Below, piece by piece: positions 1 through 13,128 of a stretch of DNA of 64,000 nt. Numbering within the stretch: the stretch's first letter is position 1; each line of letters starts with the position of its first letter. This DNA comes from Octopus sinensis. Its lineage: Eukaryota. The DNA lies in the NCBI RefSeq assembly GCF_006345805.1, contig NC_043009.1, positions 23,994,001-24,058,000 of the forward strand, in the 5' to 3' direction. Below the pieces are notes generated by a model, which worked only from the letters and a program-made list of their open reading frames with translations, was not told where the DNA came from and ran no database searches. Both the position numbers and the translations under genes were made by a program.

Positions 1-282
1 ATGTTTGTGGTCGCTTTCTCCTTTGTAGAGGAATTGAAAGATTTGGGAAAGAAAGGAAGAAAATCAAGGGTCAAGGAGAAAGGTACAAAAGAGATAAATT
101 AGAAGGAAATTAAAGAAAGGGAGGGCCAAGAAATGTGAGAAGGGGACCGAAGAAAAGAAAACAGGCAAGAAGTAAGAAAGTGCGAGGGAGACTAAAAGAC
201 AGTAAAAGAATCGTACAAAATTTAGATTCATACTTATAAGCAGACACATATAGCGGCGTACGTACACTTTGCTCACCTTTTA

Positions 283-840
283 AGTATGCATGTATGTATG
301 TATGTATGTATGTATGTATGTATGTATGTATGTATGTATGTATGTATGTATGTATGTATGTATGTATGTATGCATGTATGTATGTATGTATGCATGTATG
401 TATGTACGTACGTACGTATGTATGTATGTATGTATGTATGCATGCATGCATGTATGTATGTATGTATGCATGTATGTATGTATGTATGTATGTATGTATG
501 TATGTATGTATGCATGCATGCATGCATGCATGTATGTATGTATGCATGTATGTATGTATGCATGCATGCATGCATGCATGTATGTATGCATGTATGCATG
601 CATGCATGCATGTATGTATGTATGTATGTATGTATGCATGTATGCGTGCATGTATGCATGTATGTATGCATGCATGCATGTATGTATGTATGTATGCATG
701 TATGTATGTATGCGTGCATGTATGCATGTATGTATGTATGTATGTATGCATGTATGTATGTATGTATGTATGTGTGTATGCATGCATGCATGTATGTATG
801 TATGCGTGTATGTGTGTATTTGTGTATGTATGTATGTATC
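283..840. repeat. Compound (TATG)n/(CATG)n microsatellite, ~560 bp
   Basis: Direct reading; it is the source of the MYVC/HTYI pseudo-ORFs. Confidence 0.95.
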
Positions 841-1089
841 TACCCATCAGAATATATATACTTATTACTTATTATATATTGATTAATCATTTTAATACTA
901 TTTGTGATCTAGTTATGTTTTATAAAAATATATTTTATTTTTTCTTTATGATTTGGTTTATGTCTGTCATTGTTTGAATTGCATAATAGTAGTTTTTTCT
1001 CTAATTTATATATTATATATTTATATTTGGAAATTGATTTAATACTAAATTGAATTTTTCCCTGTAAGTTTTGAGTCAACAAACAAAGT

Positions 1090-1618
1090 TTGATTTAGAA
1101 GCGTTGAGATTTATTGAAAGATACAGATGAGGAAACAATTTTATTCTCAAACGCCGTAAAATCTGGCCGCCGACGGATTTTCCTGCAAAATATGGATAGT
1201 TTATCCTGTTCATCGAATGGAACATCGTCAACAGGGCGCCATCCTATTCTCCGGCGCCCATAATTGCCAGTTCTGCTTCCGACAAAGTCTGCACATCTAT
1301 CAACAGGCAAAACGAATTGTTCTGTTGCTGTCATGAGAGGTGTGCCTTCCTGGTGTTCTTCAAACAACTGGCTGCCGATAACCTGGATGTACGTCCTTCA
1401 CTCCAGTTGCGACACTGACGCCTTTCTTGACAAGCCTGCTATGTTACTGCGACGTAAACACTCCAGCAGGGGTTATCAAACGATGGTGTGTGTATGTGGG
1501 TGGGTAACACAAATACATATATATCCACACGTACATATATATATATATATATTATAATATGTGTGTGTGGTGTGTGTGTGTGTCTGTGTGTCTGTGTGCG
1601 TGTATATATATATATATA

Positions 1619-1650
<32 letters not shown>

Positions 1651-1667
1651 GTCTATGTATGTATGTA

Positions 1668-1709
<42 letters not shown>

Positions 1710-2160
1710 TATCTATGTGCATACATACGCGTGAATATACACACACACGCGCACTCACGTACACGCACACACGTACACGCACACACACCACACACACACA
1801 CACACACTCAAGCTCATACACTCACCAGCGTTACTGATGCAATGTCCAGTCACACTGATACTGCCAGCTTCCTGTCCAACCACGCGGTCAAATAAATTCT
1901 CCTTTCAATATTCATTACAATATCATCTGACCTGCCTTCACCAATAGTGGCTCATATACCCGTTGCCATCTTGGACTTCCTGTATCCATTTTACATTCCC
2001 AAAGCCAGAAAGTGTCGAACTTCTGTAAGGGGACTGCGAAACCAGAGGTAGCAGGGAACCTTCATCCAAAAGCAACATCGGTGGACGTGTTTCTGGGTTA
2101 TTGCTCTTTATCAGCACAGAATAGTTGCTTGACTAGACGGCGCTGCTGAATTCCCGTTAG
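1090..2160 (-). mobile_element. Possible piggyBac-like remnant
   Basis: VDRCADFV...RRRIGW resembles the VD..DQ...RKKWW region; CRLCRK...C.RC resembles the C-terminal Cys-rich domain; frameshifted and weak. Confidence 0.3.
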
Positions 2161-2516
2161 AAAATACATAATTTTCAAACTGACACACATCACTGATCTA
2201 ATAAATAGAAACATCATTATTTCTAAATCTCTCAAAGAGGGATATTCGGTATCAGTACTTTCAAGTAAAGAGTATTTGCCAGAAAGCGGTCCAGAGATGT
2301 TGCTTTGTGCTGGATGGTGGTGTTGAGCTCCCCTGTCCGAAAATGTAGGCCACAAATATTGTGTTGTATAACCAGCTGGAAACGACGTTACTTGGGGCTA
2401 AAAATCAGTAATATTTGTTCCATCTTGGACTGCTATTTTATGTTGGCAAATAGTCTTTACTTTAAAGTACCGTTAGTGAATATCTCACTTTGAGAGATTT
2501 AGAAACAAAAATAATT

Positions 2517-2625
<109 letters not shown>

Positions 2626-2651
2626 TGTGTGTGTATTTATATATATACACG

Positions 2652-3260
2652 TACAGGGTGCGGTGAATGAATTTTCGTATAAATACGCAAAAATGGAAAT
2701 AACACTGACATCTAATTTTAATAGATATATTTATCAAAATTACATTAAGATGACTTGAAATACTAAAGAGTAAATTTATTCAATAAAATCACCATTGGCT
2801 CCAACCACAGCCTCCAGACAACTTCGGAATCTCCTGTACCTCTTTTGGACGGTTTCCTTATTTAAGTTGGTGAATGCTACCATAATCCTTGCCTTCAGTT
2901 CATCTTTGGTTACAGGGAGTTTTTTTGGTCTCTTGCTCAACTGCGCCCCACACAGAATAATCAAGAGGGTTGCAGTTTGGGGAGTTAGGTGGCAAGATGT
3001 TAGGTGTGATGTGGTCGCAGAAAGTGACTGACAGCCATGACTGGGTCCTCCTGTTTGTGTGGCATGGTACACAGCCCTGTTGCCAGACAGAAGGTCTTCC
3101 AGCAGCCACTCTCTTGACACAGGGCAGCACTATCTCCTCCATTTACTTGATGTAGGCCTCCGTGTTGAGGGTGAGGCCGTGTGGGAAGATGAATGGGCGC
3201 ATAACATCGCCACCACTAGTGATCACTCCAAATACCATGATGTTGACTGAATGTTTGATT
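2652..3260 (-). mobile_element. Tc1/mariner remnant (transposase C-terminal part plus TIR)
   Basis: WQQ...PCHT...PPNSPNCNPLDYSVWGAVE motif; ta-cagggtg terminus. Confidence 0.8.
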
Positions 3261-4769
3261 TTCTGTATATATATTATCAACAGCATTCTTTCACGAATTC
3301 ACCATCGCTATGTGGTTTGAGTTTTTTGCAATATTTTAGCATATCGCATAACTAGCTCGAATAATTGATTCACTTTCATGAATCGGCTTTTGAAAACATG
3401 TTTGCTTTTTGGTCAGATTTTCTTTGAAGGTGGCTATCTTGTTTAAAGATTTAGATTCTTTTAAATTTTCACAGGTCTTATGCTTACTCATAAAATGCCT
3501 CTCAATATTACATTTTTTTATGAATGTCTACTTGTTCGTTGCAAATAAGACAAATGCGCTTGTTATCTATTTCAATAAAAAGTAATACTCAGTCCATTTT
3601 TCATCAAACAAAGCACGTTCACCAGCACTTCTTTTTTTTAGGATTATAACCGCTTGCCATATTTGATAAGAATATTGAAAAAAATGATTTAACAAAGTTA
3701 ACAAAGTTATAAGCCGGATAAATTTATATTAACAATTTCGGAATTTTTGATATCGCTGCCTGGAGAAAACAAAAGCCAACTGGCTCGTTGTCGCAAAGCA
3801 TGCGTTTAGGGTTGTAAATATAGTAAGAAATAAAAATTTACTAAAAATAAGATAATGTTTGGTTCTGCAAGGGTTTAACTTGAATTTTCTCTCTCCCTTC
3901 TGTTAACAAGCGAGTGGATAGGGAAGGGTGATAACTGGTAAGCCGATGGCAGATGGAAGTAACCCCTGTTGACTTTGACACCGACTGATGGCAAAAATTC
4001 GACGCCTCTTTCGAAAGAAGTTATTTTGCACTGCTTTTTCAGACAAAAAAAAAGTAATATGTTTTTATAATCTTGTTCACCATGCACCAAATTAATAGTT
4101 TCTGTTTCGATGAAGTTTTACCAATTTGTTTTTCATTTTTAATAGATTTTTGAAAATATTTTTTGCTTATCGATTGAGAGAAAGAGAGTGAGTGTCGATT
4201 TCGGAGATTTTCTTTCGTAAAGATGTGAGAAATGAAATAAGGAGGAAAATTTAAATACTAGCGGTCATTGGATATAAATAATTTTACACAGTATCTTCTA
4301 CAATATTTCAGCTTTTATTTCAAATAAAAATTATTACGATACAGGTATCATAAGTTTAGTTTTCTCAGCGAAAGTGTAGTTGGGTTTCAAGAGGGTGGTA
4401 CAAACCTAGCAATATGTGTTTTATAGGGAAAACAAAATTTCCATTTAAATGGCAATGACCGGACGATTTCTGTTCCAGCTTGACCGTTTTCAGTCGCAGT
4501 CTCGACCTATATCGCAAATAGGCATAAAAATATTGTGTAAATTTTATAATTATAAAATTTACATTATTTTGTACATACGATTATATCAGCCTGCGGACGC
4601 AGTAAAATGGGCTCGAGGGCGTAATTTCACACGCAGACGGGGGTTTCCTCACCCCTACTTTAAGTAAAAGAAAATACAGGAATATCAGTTAATTATGATT
4701 TTATTCTACATATTCCCCTTATAAGTGGAAATTTTACCGGTGAGTGTGTTAAATTATAAGGCACAAAAC

Positions 4770-5060
4770 GAAAATGACTTTCCCCAGAGACAACAGAATG
4801 AGAAAGATAATATATGGAAAAAGAACTGATAAGGCTACAAAGTCTCTGTCAATCTGGGGAAATGTGCAGTTACACATTACTGCTTTTCCTTCGTCTTACC
4901 TCGTTGAATCTAGTTTCAACCGTGTAACTAACTTACTGTCAAAATTTCTGTAACCGACTCGACATTTTAGAAAGAGATGTTATTCAATTATCATTGAGAA
5001 CGTTGGAGCCGAATGTTGCTAGACTAGCTGAGTAACATTAACCACAAAGTTTGCATTAAG
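4770..5060 (+). mobile_element. hAT (Buster/Charlie-like) transposase C-terminal remnant
   Basis: FPSSYLVESSFNRVTNLLSK...RLDILER...LEPNV resembles the Buster/SPIN dimerisation-domain end. Confidence 0.6.
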
Positions 5061-5388
5061 TAAAGTAGCACTAAATTACTATCTTCTTTTAATAAATACA
5101 TTCCTATATATTTATGACTGATTTTACAAATGAATATTCATTTTCCACGGAATTTAGCAGTTACTTCTTCAGGAAATATGATAACTACACATTGGAAACC
5201 TATCCTAAACTTGAATATATTAAATAGTTTCTAAAGGTCGTTCTTGTCTTTGTTGCTTTCTTTTAATTGCCTTATCTGTGGAACAACTTATATCCTGGTG
5301 TTGGTCAATCTCATAAATGCAGAAAATTCCGTGCAGATGTTCCCTATCCGAATGCTTTCTGCTACAGTTTCTTTCACATTAGCGAAAG

Positions 5389-5518
5389 ATGTCGAATTTT
5401 GAGCAGAGAAAAGAAATTGAGACCACGATTATAAAAATGAATGCAGTCTTCTACTTGGCCCTGGTGTTTGGTCTAGGGACATGTGGTGTGGTGAAAACGG
5501 AGCCAAAGATAAACGAAG
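5389..5518 (+). CDS. Paralog g1 exon 1: signal peptide (start at ATG 5389 or ATG 5437; MNAVFYLALVFGLGTCGVVKTEPKINE)
   Basis: Hydrophobic N-terminal stretch; ends GAA G|gtaagc (phase 1 donor at 5519); homologous to exon 1 of g2/g3 (EPK motif, shared upstream sequence). Confidence 0.8.
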
Positions 5519-5689
5519 GTAAGCACTGTTTCAATTCAATACAATATAGATTTTTTACAATATATATACACTCATGCACACAAGCGTGCACACTCATGCA
5601 GACGCACACACACCCACATACAAATGTATACGTATGTGTGTGTGTATACACACACAGACACACAAACACACACGCATATATATATACGC

Positions 5690-6150
5690 GCAGGCTAATG
5701 AGATCGCTAGTGATCTCAATATGCCTGTTTGCCTGTGAGACATGGACACTGGCTGCAGAAATCGAAAGAAGAATGCAGGCTACGGAGAGAAAATGTTTCA
5801 GACTTTTGGGAATGTCATAAAAAGATTGTGTCACAAATGAGGAAATGAAAAGAATAAGTCAGGTAATAGGGCCCTATGAGGAACTTCTTACTATAGTAAA
5901 GAAACCCAAGTTCGTGGAGTTTGGGCATGTCATCCACTCATCAGGAATGGCCAAAACGATCCTTCAGGGAACAGTCGAATGTGCCATACGCAGAGGCAGA
6001 CAAGGAAAAGAGGCGGGAAGACGACATCTGTGAGTGAACAGGCCTAAAAATGAAAGACGCAGTGCAAGAGGCAGAAGAGAGAGACAGGTGAAAGGATCTT
6101 GTCGCAACGTCATCAATGGCGCTCCTACGGTCAACCAGACAACGGGATAT
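5690..6150 (+). mobile_element. RTE-clade LINE 3' fragment in g1 intron 1
   Basis: SICLFACETWTLAAEIERRMQATERKCFR, FGHV...AKTILQGTVE...RRGRQ. Confidence 0.75.
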
Positions 6151-6831
6151 ATAATTTAATGTAATATATATTTATATATATTGCTGTACGTACAAAGTGT
6201 GCATTTGTACCTATATGCTACATTTTTATATATACGTGTGTATGTATGAATCTATGTACGTAAGTATGTCTGAATATATCTGTCTGTCTTTAAGTATGCA
6301 TACTAGCAGGCATGTATGTGTAAGTATGCACGTATAAAATGTGCATTTGTATATACATGCCACACTTTTGTATATATGTATGTATGTATGAATGTATGTA
6401 TGTAAGTGTATCTGCATATATGTCATTCTGTCTCTAAGTATGTATGTTAGCATGCATGTATACGTGTCTGTATGTAAATATGCAATTCTGTTAGTATGAT
6501 TATCAGCATATTCATGTTAACATTTCTATTCATTGGAAGATAGACAAGTATCTTCTTAGCTAATTACCTTCCTAGTAATATGTAACTAACTAATGCAAAT
6601 TGACAAGCTGGCTTTATCTATATCTATATATCTTCCTAGACGTTTACCTAAATATTTAGTGCGCTGTTTACCTACATATCTAGCCCTTTTACTGCTGAAA
6701 TCAGATAAATATGCTCAAAATTACATAACCCTTCACTGTGGAAAGCAGTTTTATATAACAATCTATCTTTTGTTGGGAATGTCATATTTGAAACTATGTT
6801 CTATTGATATATGTGAAGTTTTCTGAGGTAA

Positions 6832-7143
6832 AGTTGTTTTTGTTTGTTCCTTCTCGAGCCATGCCTGGCTCATATGGGTCGGTTTCTTGGTTTCTTTGGC
6901 GTATAGGTTCCCCACCTGGATGGGACGCCGGTCCGTCGCAAGTGACCTGCAAGATGCAGGAGGAAAGAGTGAGAGAAAGTTGTGGCGAAAGAGTCAGCAA
7001 AAGTTCGCCATTACCTTCAGCCGGAGCCGCGTGGAGGTTAGGTGTTTCGCTCATAAATACACACATCCACCGGTCTGAAATTCGAACACGCGATCTATCG
7101 ACCGCAAGTTCGCTGCTCTAACCACTAGGCCATGTGCCTCCAC
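6832..7143 (-). mobile_element. tRNA-derived SINE, third family (representative copy)
   Basis: gaggcacatggcctagtggttagagc...gttcga head; near-identical copies at 42440-42740(-) and 54690-54987(-); related heads at 33348, 34620-34950(-), 47495, 50150, 52300, 54495 and 60040. Confidence 0.8.
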
Positions 7144-7260
7144 TACTGAGGTAAAGGGATTGCAAATGATACCAGTTCTATTTTTTAACAGATATTTAAC
7201 ATTGATACCGGAACAACCATAAAATTTAACTCAGTACTTTATTTCACATTATATTTACAG

Positions 7261-7476
7261 ATGAAATCGTTGCTACTGCAACTATCTTGAAAGAAATTAC
7301 AGAACACCAAGTTAATGGAGAAGTCGAAAATTCTGTGTTGGATATCGAGTCGCAAGATGAAAAATTGAGCACTGATGTATTCAACAATGATGATGTGAAG
7401 AACAGTGAGGTAATGAGATGTCATTGGAGAGCAGTTTTAGGAAACTGCACCCTATCCGCTCCCCATGTTGCGCTTT
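7261..7476 (+). CDS. Paralog g1 exon 2: acidic pro-region plus MRCHWRAVLGNCTLSAPHVAL
   Basis: tttacag| acceptor, CTT T|gtatgt donor, 216 nt, phase 1-1, open frame; aligns with exon 2 of g2/g3 (M-x-C-x-W-x4-G-x-C). Confidence 0.85.
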
Positions 7477-8311
7477 GTATGTATTTTGCAGTTTACACTT
7501 ATTTGCAGTTTACACTTATTTTCTGAATGTTAAAATGAATGATGTTTGTTGTGGGAAATACATCGCAAATACGAAGTAATAAGGACTTTCTTTGTGGATA
7601 GTAGAAATTCAAAAATCACAGCCCATATTTTCCTGAATAAATAGCCTCTTCATAACGAAAAAACGAACTGTTACTAGCAAATGTATGTATGTATGTCTGA
7701 GCACAAATGTTATGTCACGACAGAATTCAATTGCTATTAAATTAGTTTGGACAGAATAAAGCTGGTGATAAGAAAACGACTAGATTAATATTATTACGGC
7801 GGCGAATCGTTATCGCGTCGGGCAAAATGCTATTCAACGTTTCATCCTTCTTTACTTCTTGAATTCAAATTCCGTCAAGGTAGACTTTGCCTTTTATTCC
7901 ATTCAGGGTCGATAAAATAAGTACCAGTATAGAACTGGGATCGACGTAACGGCAAACGAAATACGGCTACGCATTTCGCCCGGCGTGTTAACGTTTCTGC
8001 CAGCTCGCCGCCTTCCACTTAGCCTTTCTTCCCAGCGTGCTGATCTTGTACCACAATGTGAGACTATAATTATCATTATTACTACTATTTTTATTACTTG
8101 GCAAGCTGGCAGAATGGTTAGCACGCCAGCTGAAAAGCTTCCCATCATCACGTCCTAAGCTCAAATTTCGTTAAGGTCAAATTTACCTTTCATTTCTTCG
8201 GGGTCGGTAAAATAAGCACCAGTTGAGCGTGGAGGTCAATGTAATATGACTTAACCCTCACCAATATGGTTATCCCTGTGCCCAGCTTTCATATTATTAT
8301 TATTATTATTA

Positions 8312-9390
8312 TTGTCGCTATTCAACATTTGCTAGTTTCATGTAAATTTCAACTGCATCACCTTCTACACCTCCGTGTAGCAATGTGTCTTCGTTTTTGT
8401 TAGAAAGTGCAAATTCTTCCCGGTAATGTATCGTATCAGTTTCTTCTGTTATGGGATCTATTGCAGTCTTTTGTTGTATTACTGACTGTATTGTTTGTCG
8501 CTTTTATACTTTGTTTGAAGTGAAGCAGTGGTCTTGTGTGGCGAGAATCAGTCCTTCCGTTTCAGCTTTTAATCCAGAACTTTTGCGTCATTTTTGGCTT
8601 TGGCTCACCTCTTTTTAAACCTTGTAAGGTATTGGCCTCTGAAGGATTTTTCTCTCCATTTCTTCTGTAGTATGTTTTGTAGTTATGTTTTCGTGTTGTT
8701 CCTTTTTTCTATGATCATTTCTACTATGGTGTCATCTGAGACCAGTGCACCTGTGTAGTTTTTTTTTTGTTGAATTTTGTCCCCTCCTTGTTTATAGAGA
8801 AAAGCATTTTCTTTTTTGTTTTTCGTGTTGCTTTATTACATGTAGTAGACGTTCACTTTTTGTTTCTAAGTACTTTTCTAGTCCACTGTTGTTATCTTAT
8901 AATAGTTTTCTACCTATATCAGGCCACAGCCGCCTTCATAGCGGAATACATATATTCTGTCTGCGTCTGCTTTGGGGTAGTGACATCACTATGCTGTTAA
9001 TAGTTCTCTGGTTTTACCATATAAGTTTCCAAAGTCACTGATCTTTCAGTTTATTATGTTGAAGCTGTTATTTATGACTGGTATGTCCAGCGTGCTTATC
9101 TCTATTATTTAGTATTTAGTATTAGTCTAACTCTTCTGTAATTCTCTTTCCTAATTTTCTCTTTCATTTCTGTGTGTCGCATTCTAGCTATTTCAGCTTT
9201 TCCTAGATATCTGTATGGGCGATTGTGGTCAAACTCTATGATTTCTGTGTTTATGTTGAGTGCAGTGCTTCAATGTTGAGTAATTTGCTCTTCTCAGTGA
9301 CACTTTGGCTCATATGTACAGCACCAAGCTCATTTCGATGTCTTTGCTGGAAATATGGGCAATTCTTTTAGAAAGTTTCTCTGTTCCGTG
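8312..9390 (-). mobile_element. Degraded R4/Dong-like LINE fragment
   Basis: Minus strand RKSSGLKAETEGLILATQD, homologous to the 10320 ORF; starts beside (TTA)n. Confidence 0.65.
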
Positions 9391-9803
9391 GTATTTTGAG
9401 TGAATTTTTTAAAAATCGTCCATGTAGAGATTTATTGTTTGCCCATAACATCTATAACCCATGGTGGTTTTATATAAGAAATTTATTATTGGGATTAGAG
9501 CAAGGCAGAAAAGTAGGGAAAATCACTCTTCTAATGGGTTTATCATTATTATTATTACTCTTTACTATTTTTACTCTTTTACTCGTTTCAGTCATGTGAC
9601 TGTGGCCATGCTAGAGCACCACCTTTAGTCGAGCAAATCGACCCTAGGACATATTCTTTATAAACCTAGTATTTAGTCTATCGGTCTCTTTTGCCGAACC
9701 GCTAAGTTACGGGGACGTAAGCATACCAGTATCGGTTGTCAAGCGATGTTGTGGGGAAAAACACAGACACACAAACATACACACACACACACACACACAT
9801 ATA

Positions 9804-9843
<40 letters not shown>

Positions 9844-9865
9844 TATATGTGTGTGTGTGTATGTT

Positions 9866-9927
<62 letters not shown>

Positions 9928-10089
9928 CATATATATGACAAGCTTCTTTCAGTTTCCGTCTACCAAATCCACTCACAAGGCTTTAATCGACCCGAGGCTA
10001 TAGTAGAAGACACTAGCCCAAGGTGCCACGCAGTGGGACTGAACCCGGAACCATGTGGTTCGTAAGCAAGCTACTTACCACACATTGAA

Positions 10090-10158
<69 letters not shown>

Positions 10159-10160
10159 TT

Positions 10161-11424
10161 TTTTTTTCTTCTTTCAAATTTTCTTCCATTTCTTGCCGAG
10201 TGTCTTCCCGACTCCTAGGGCAAAGAAACTCATAGTGTATATTGGTAGGCCATTAAACCAAACTCAGTAGTTCGTTCATTTTTTTAAGTTAACTTAAAAT
10301 ACATGAGCAGCAACAGTTCTCACATCAACAATGCTCTTCTCAATACGTGTGATGTACCAGTTAAGACAATCTTTTGCACTTCTTGCAGGGATGGTAAGCC
10401 AGGGATCATTCGCATATAATTTTCGGTTCCCTTCTTGATCCTTCCTAGTGCTCCTACGATCACTGGTATTGTACGCGTCTTGAGATGCCACATTTTCTCA
10501 ATTTCAATGAGTAGGTCTTTATATTTTCTGAGCTTGTCAAACTCTTTCGCTGAGATATTATGATCACAGGGGATGCTCATGTCGATCAATAAGCAAACCT
10601 TATTGTTTTGGTCTTTCACAACAATATCTGGTTTATTGGCCTTGATGGTTCGGTCTGTATGTACTGGAAAGTCCCACAGAATGGTTACACTTTCTCCTTC
10701 AGTTACAGCCTCAGGGTGGTGATTATACCACTTGTCGGCAGTTTTGATATTGTAATGCCGACTTATTAGCCAGTGGAGATATTGGACAACTCTGTCATGT
10801 CTTAATTTATATTCCACTGGTGCTAAGACTTTACATCCAGAGATTAGGTGGTCCACTGTTTCAATCATGTCGTTGCAGAATCGGCATTTTGGGTCTGCTC
10901 CATTTTTCATCACATTGGCCTGGTAGTTCCGGGTTAATAGGCTTTGGTCTTGAGCAGCCAGGATGAAACCTTCGCTCTCTGCTTTTAGCCCTGAGCTCCG
11001 CAGCCACTGATGGGTTTGCTTCTGGTCAACATCAGCTTGTTTGCTGCGGGTCACATATTGCCGTGCAGAGGTTTCTCCTCCCACCTATCAGCCAATTGCT
11101 CGTGCGCTTTTTTCATTGCCATCATTTTCACCTTCTTTGCAACAATAGTTGCCGTACTTCCCTCGGGTTGTTCAGTTTGGGTATCCTGCACGAGATCAAT
11201 AGCAAATCTTTTGCTTTCCTTGATGATAGAATGAAGCTTCTTTCGTCTCTCGTGATTTTCCACGAGCTTTAGCATCCAGTCATTCGATATTTCGAGATAT
11301 TTGGCCAGTCCAATTGTGGTTGTTTTGTAAGCTAGTTCAAATTGGATCAGGCCTCGACCTCCTTGGGCTCTGGGAAGGTAAAGGCGATCTACGTCTGCCT
11401 TTGGGTGGTGCATCCTATTACAAC
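10161..11424 (-). mobile_element. 5'-truncated R4/Dong-like non-LTR retrotransposon (RT C-terminus, CCHC knuckle, restriction-like endonuclease)
   Basis: CRFCNDMIETVDHLISGC knuckle and KPDIVVKD...LLIDMSIPCD...KLRKY RLE motif; single 1-nt frameshift near 11060; A-rich 3' end; (TAA)n on both sides. Confidence 0.9.

Positions 11425-11517
<93 letters not shown>
11425..11517. repeat. (TTA)n microsatellite (another at ~10090-10160)
   Basis: Direct reading. Confidence 0.95.
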
Positions 11518-11972
11518 GTCGACTTCGCCTTCCATACTTTTCAGGGACGATGAAATATATACCTGCCAAGTTTTTTGGTCCATATGATCAACCTGCTCCC
11601 TCTTTTGAAAACTGCTGGCCTTAATGCCACATTTGAAACCATTAAAAAGTCACTTATCGATACATGATAGGCAGCGAGTTTTGCCTTGGAGAATTGTGAC
11701 AAAATAAAGTCTCGAATTAAAAATGGAAGTCATTAAGTCACGAGGATAAAGGAAACATTAAAAAATCATCCGATTGTTTCTGGTTGAGGAGACAGAACAT
11801 GTCGAAAGACCTGCGCCCTAGAAATGTTTGTGCCCAAGTCATCGTAAATGGGGGAAGTTTTTCTCCTATGACGTACACTATAAGGACAAGCATATTTTAC
11901 ATCTGAAAATGCAGATATATATTATGAATAAATATGCAAATAATCACGAATATATTAATTCTATTTTTTTAG

Positions 11973-12056
11973 TTAGTGTTTATATGAGAGTTGCCAAACA
12001 AGGACTGGACGTTTCCGTGATGTATCATCATCGGGAAGTTGATAGCATTCATATGG
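11973..12056 (+). CDS. Paralog g1 exon 3 (FSVYMRVAKQGLDVSVMYHHREVDSIHM)
   Basis: ttttttag| acceptor, ATG G|gtgagt donor, exactly 84 nt like exon 3 of g2/g3, phase 1-1, open frame. Confidence 0.75.
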
Positions 12057-13057
12057 GTGAGTAATTCATTTTTCTTTTATTAATATAGTGTTTTGGAAGG
12101 GTCATTTTCCCAGTAAGAAATACACGAATTTGTTCTGTTTCACTTCATTTTGTTACTTGTTAAGGAATTGGTGGTGAACTGGCAGAATCACTAGCACGCC
12201 AGAAATAATTCATAGCGGAATATATTCCGGTATTGCTTTCTAAGTTCATATACTGCCGAGGTGGACTTTGCTATTCATCCTTCCGGGTTGATAAAATAAG
12301 TAGCAGTTGATTAATGAAGTCGATGTGATCGACTAGACCCTCTCCCAAACTTTCCGGCCTAGCACCCATTTGTAGAAAAACAAATCATTATTTGTCAACG
12401 AACCAACTGAGCAATTAAATTATCAATTGCTTAACTAATTAAACAGTAAAATGATTTCCTTGCTATTCACTACGAAATAACTATGACAAAAAACCGGTCG
12501 ATTGATTATCAACTTAAACAATCGATTAGTTGATTGTTTAACTAGTTGACTAAAAAAAATGAGTAGAAGTGAATTCGTCTGAATTTTTGTGTCGCTGAAT
12601 TCATTGTGTTTTTAACTCAGCAAAACCATAAGAGATGATATCTTAGGAAAATATTGCTACAGCAACTTGCTTACCAACTGAATGTATGCATTAGGAATGC
12701 TATATAGATACTCTTTCACTCTTTTACTCTTTTTACTCTGGCTATGCTGGAGCACCGCCTTTAGTCGAGGAAATAGACCCCAGGACTTATTCTTTGAAAG
12801 CCTAATACTTATTCTATCGGTTTCTTTTGTCGAACCGCTAAGTTACTGGGACGTAAACACACCAGCATCGGTTTTCAAGGGTTGTTGGGGTGACAAACAC
12901 AGACACACAAACAAACACACACACATACATGTATATATATACATATATACGACGGGCTTCTTTCTGTTTCCGTCTACCAGATCCACTTTGGTCGGCCCGA
13001 GGGTATAGTAGAAGATGGCAACTCTTAAATTAAATACTGCCGCAATTACCTCTACCT

Positions 13058-13127
<70 letters not shown>

Positions 13128-13128
<1 letters not shown>

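Noticed and set aside
64-977. Long ORFs (167-245 aa) at the window start
   Set aside because: They are translations of the (TATG)n/(CATG)n microsatellite. The same applies to all YIYI/HTHT/CVCV/ERER/poly-I/poly-S/poly-P ORFs elsewhere.
1095-1367. ORF ending SFNKSQRF as a Helitron helicase (TINKSQG) motif
   Set aside because: Only a partial motif match; neighbouring frames fit a piggyBac-like remnant slightly better, and both calls are weak.
12400-12560. Hairpin-rich AT tract in g1 intron 3
   Set aside because: Short imperfect palindromes are expected in AT-rich DNA; no second copy or motif was found.
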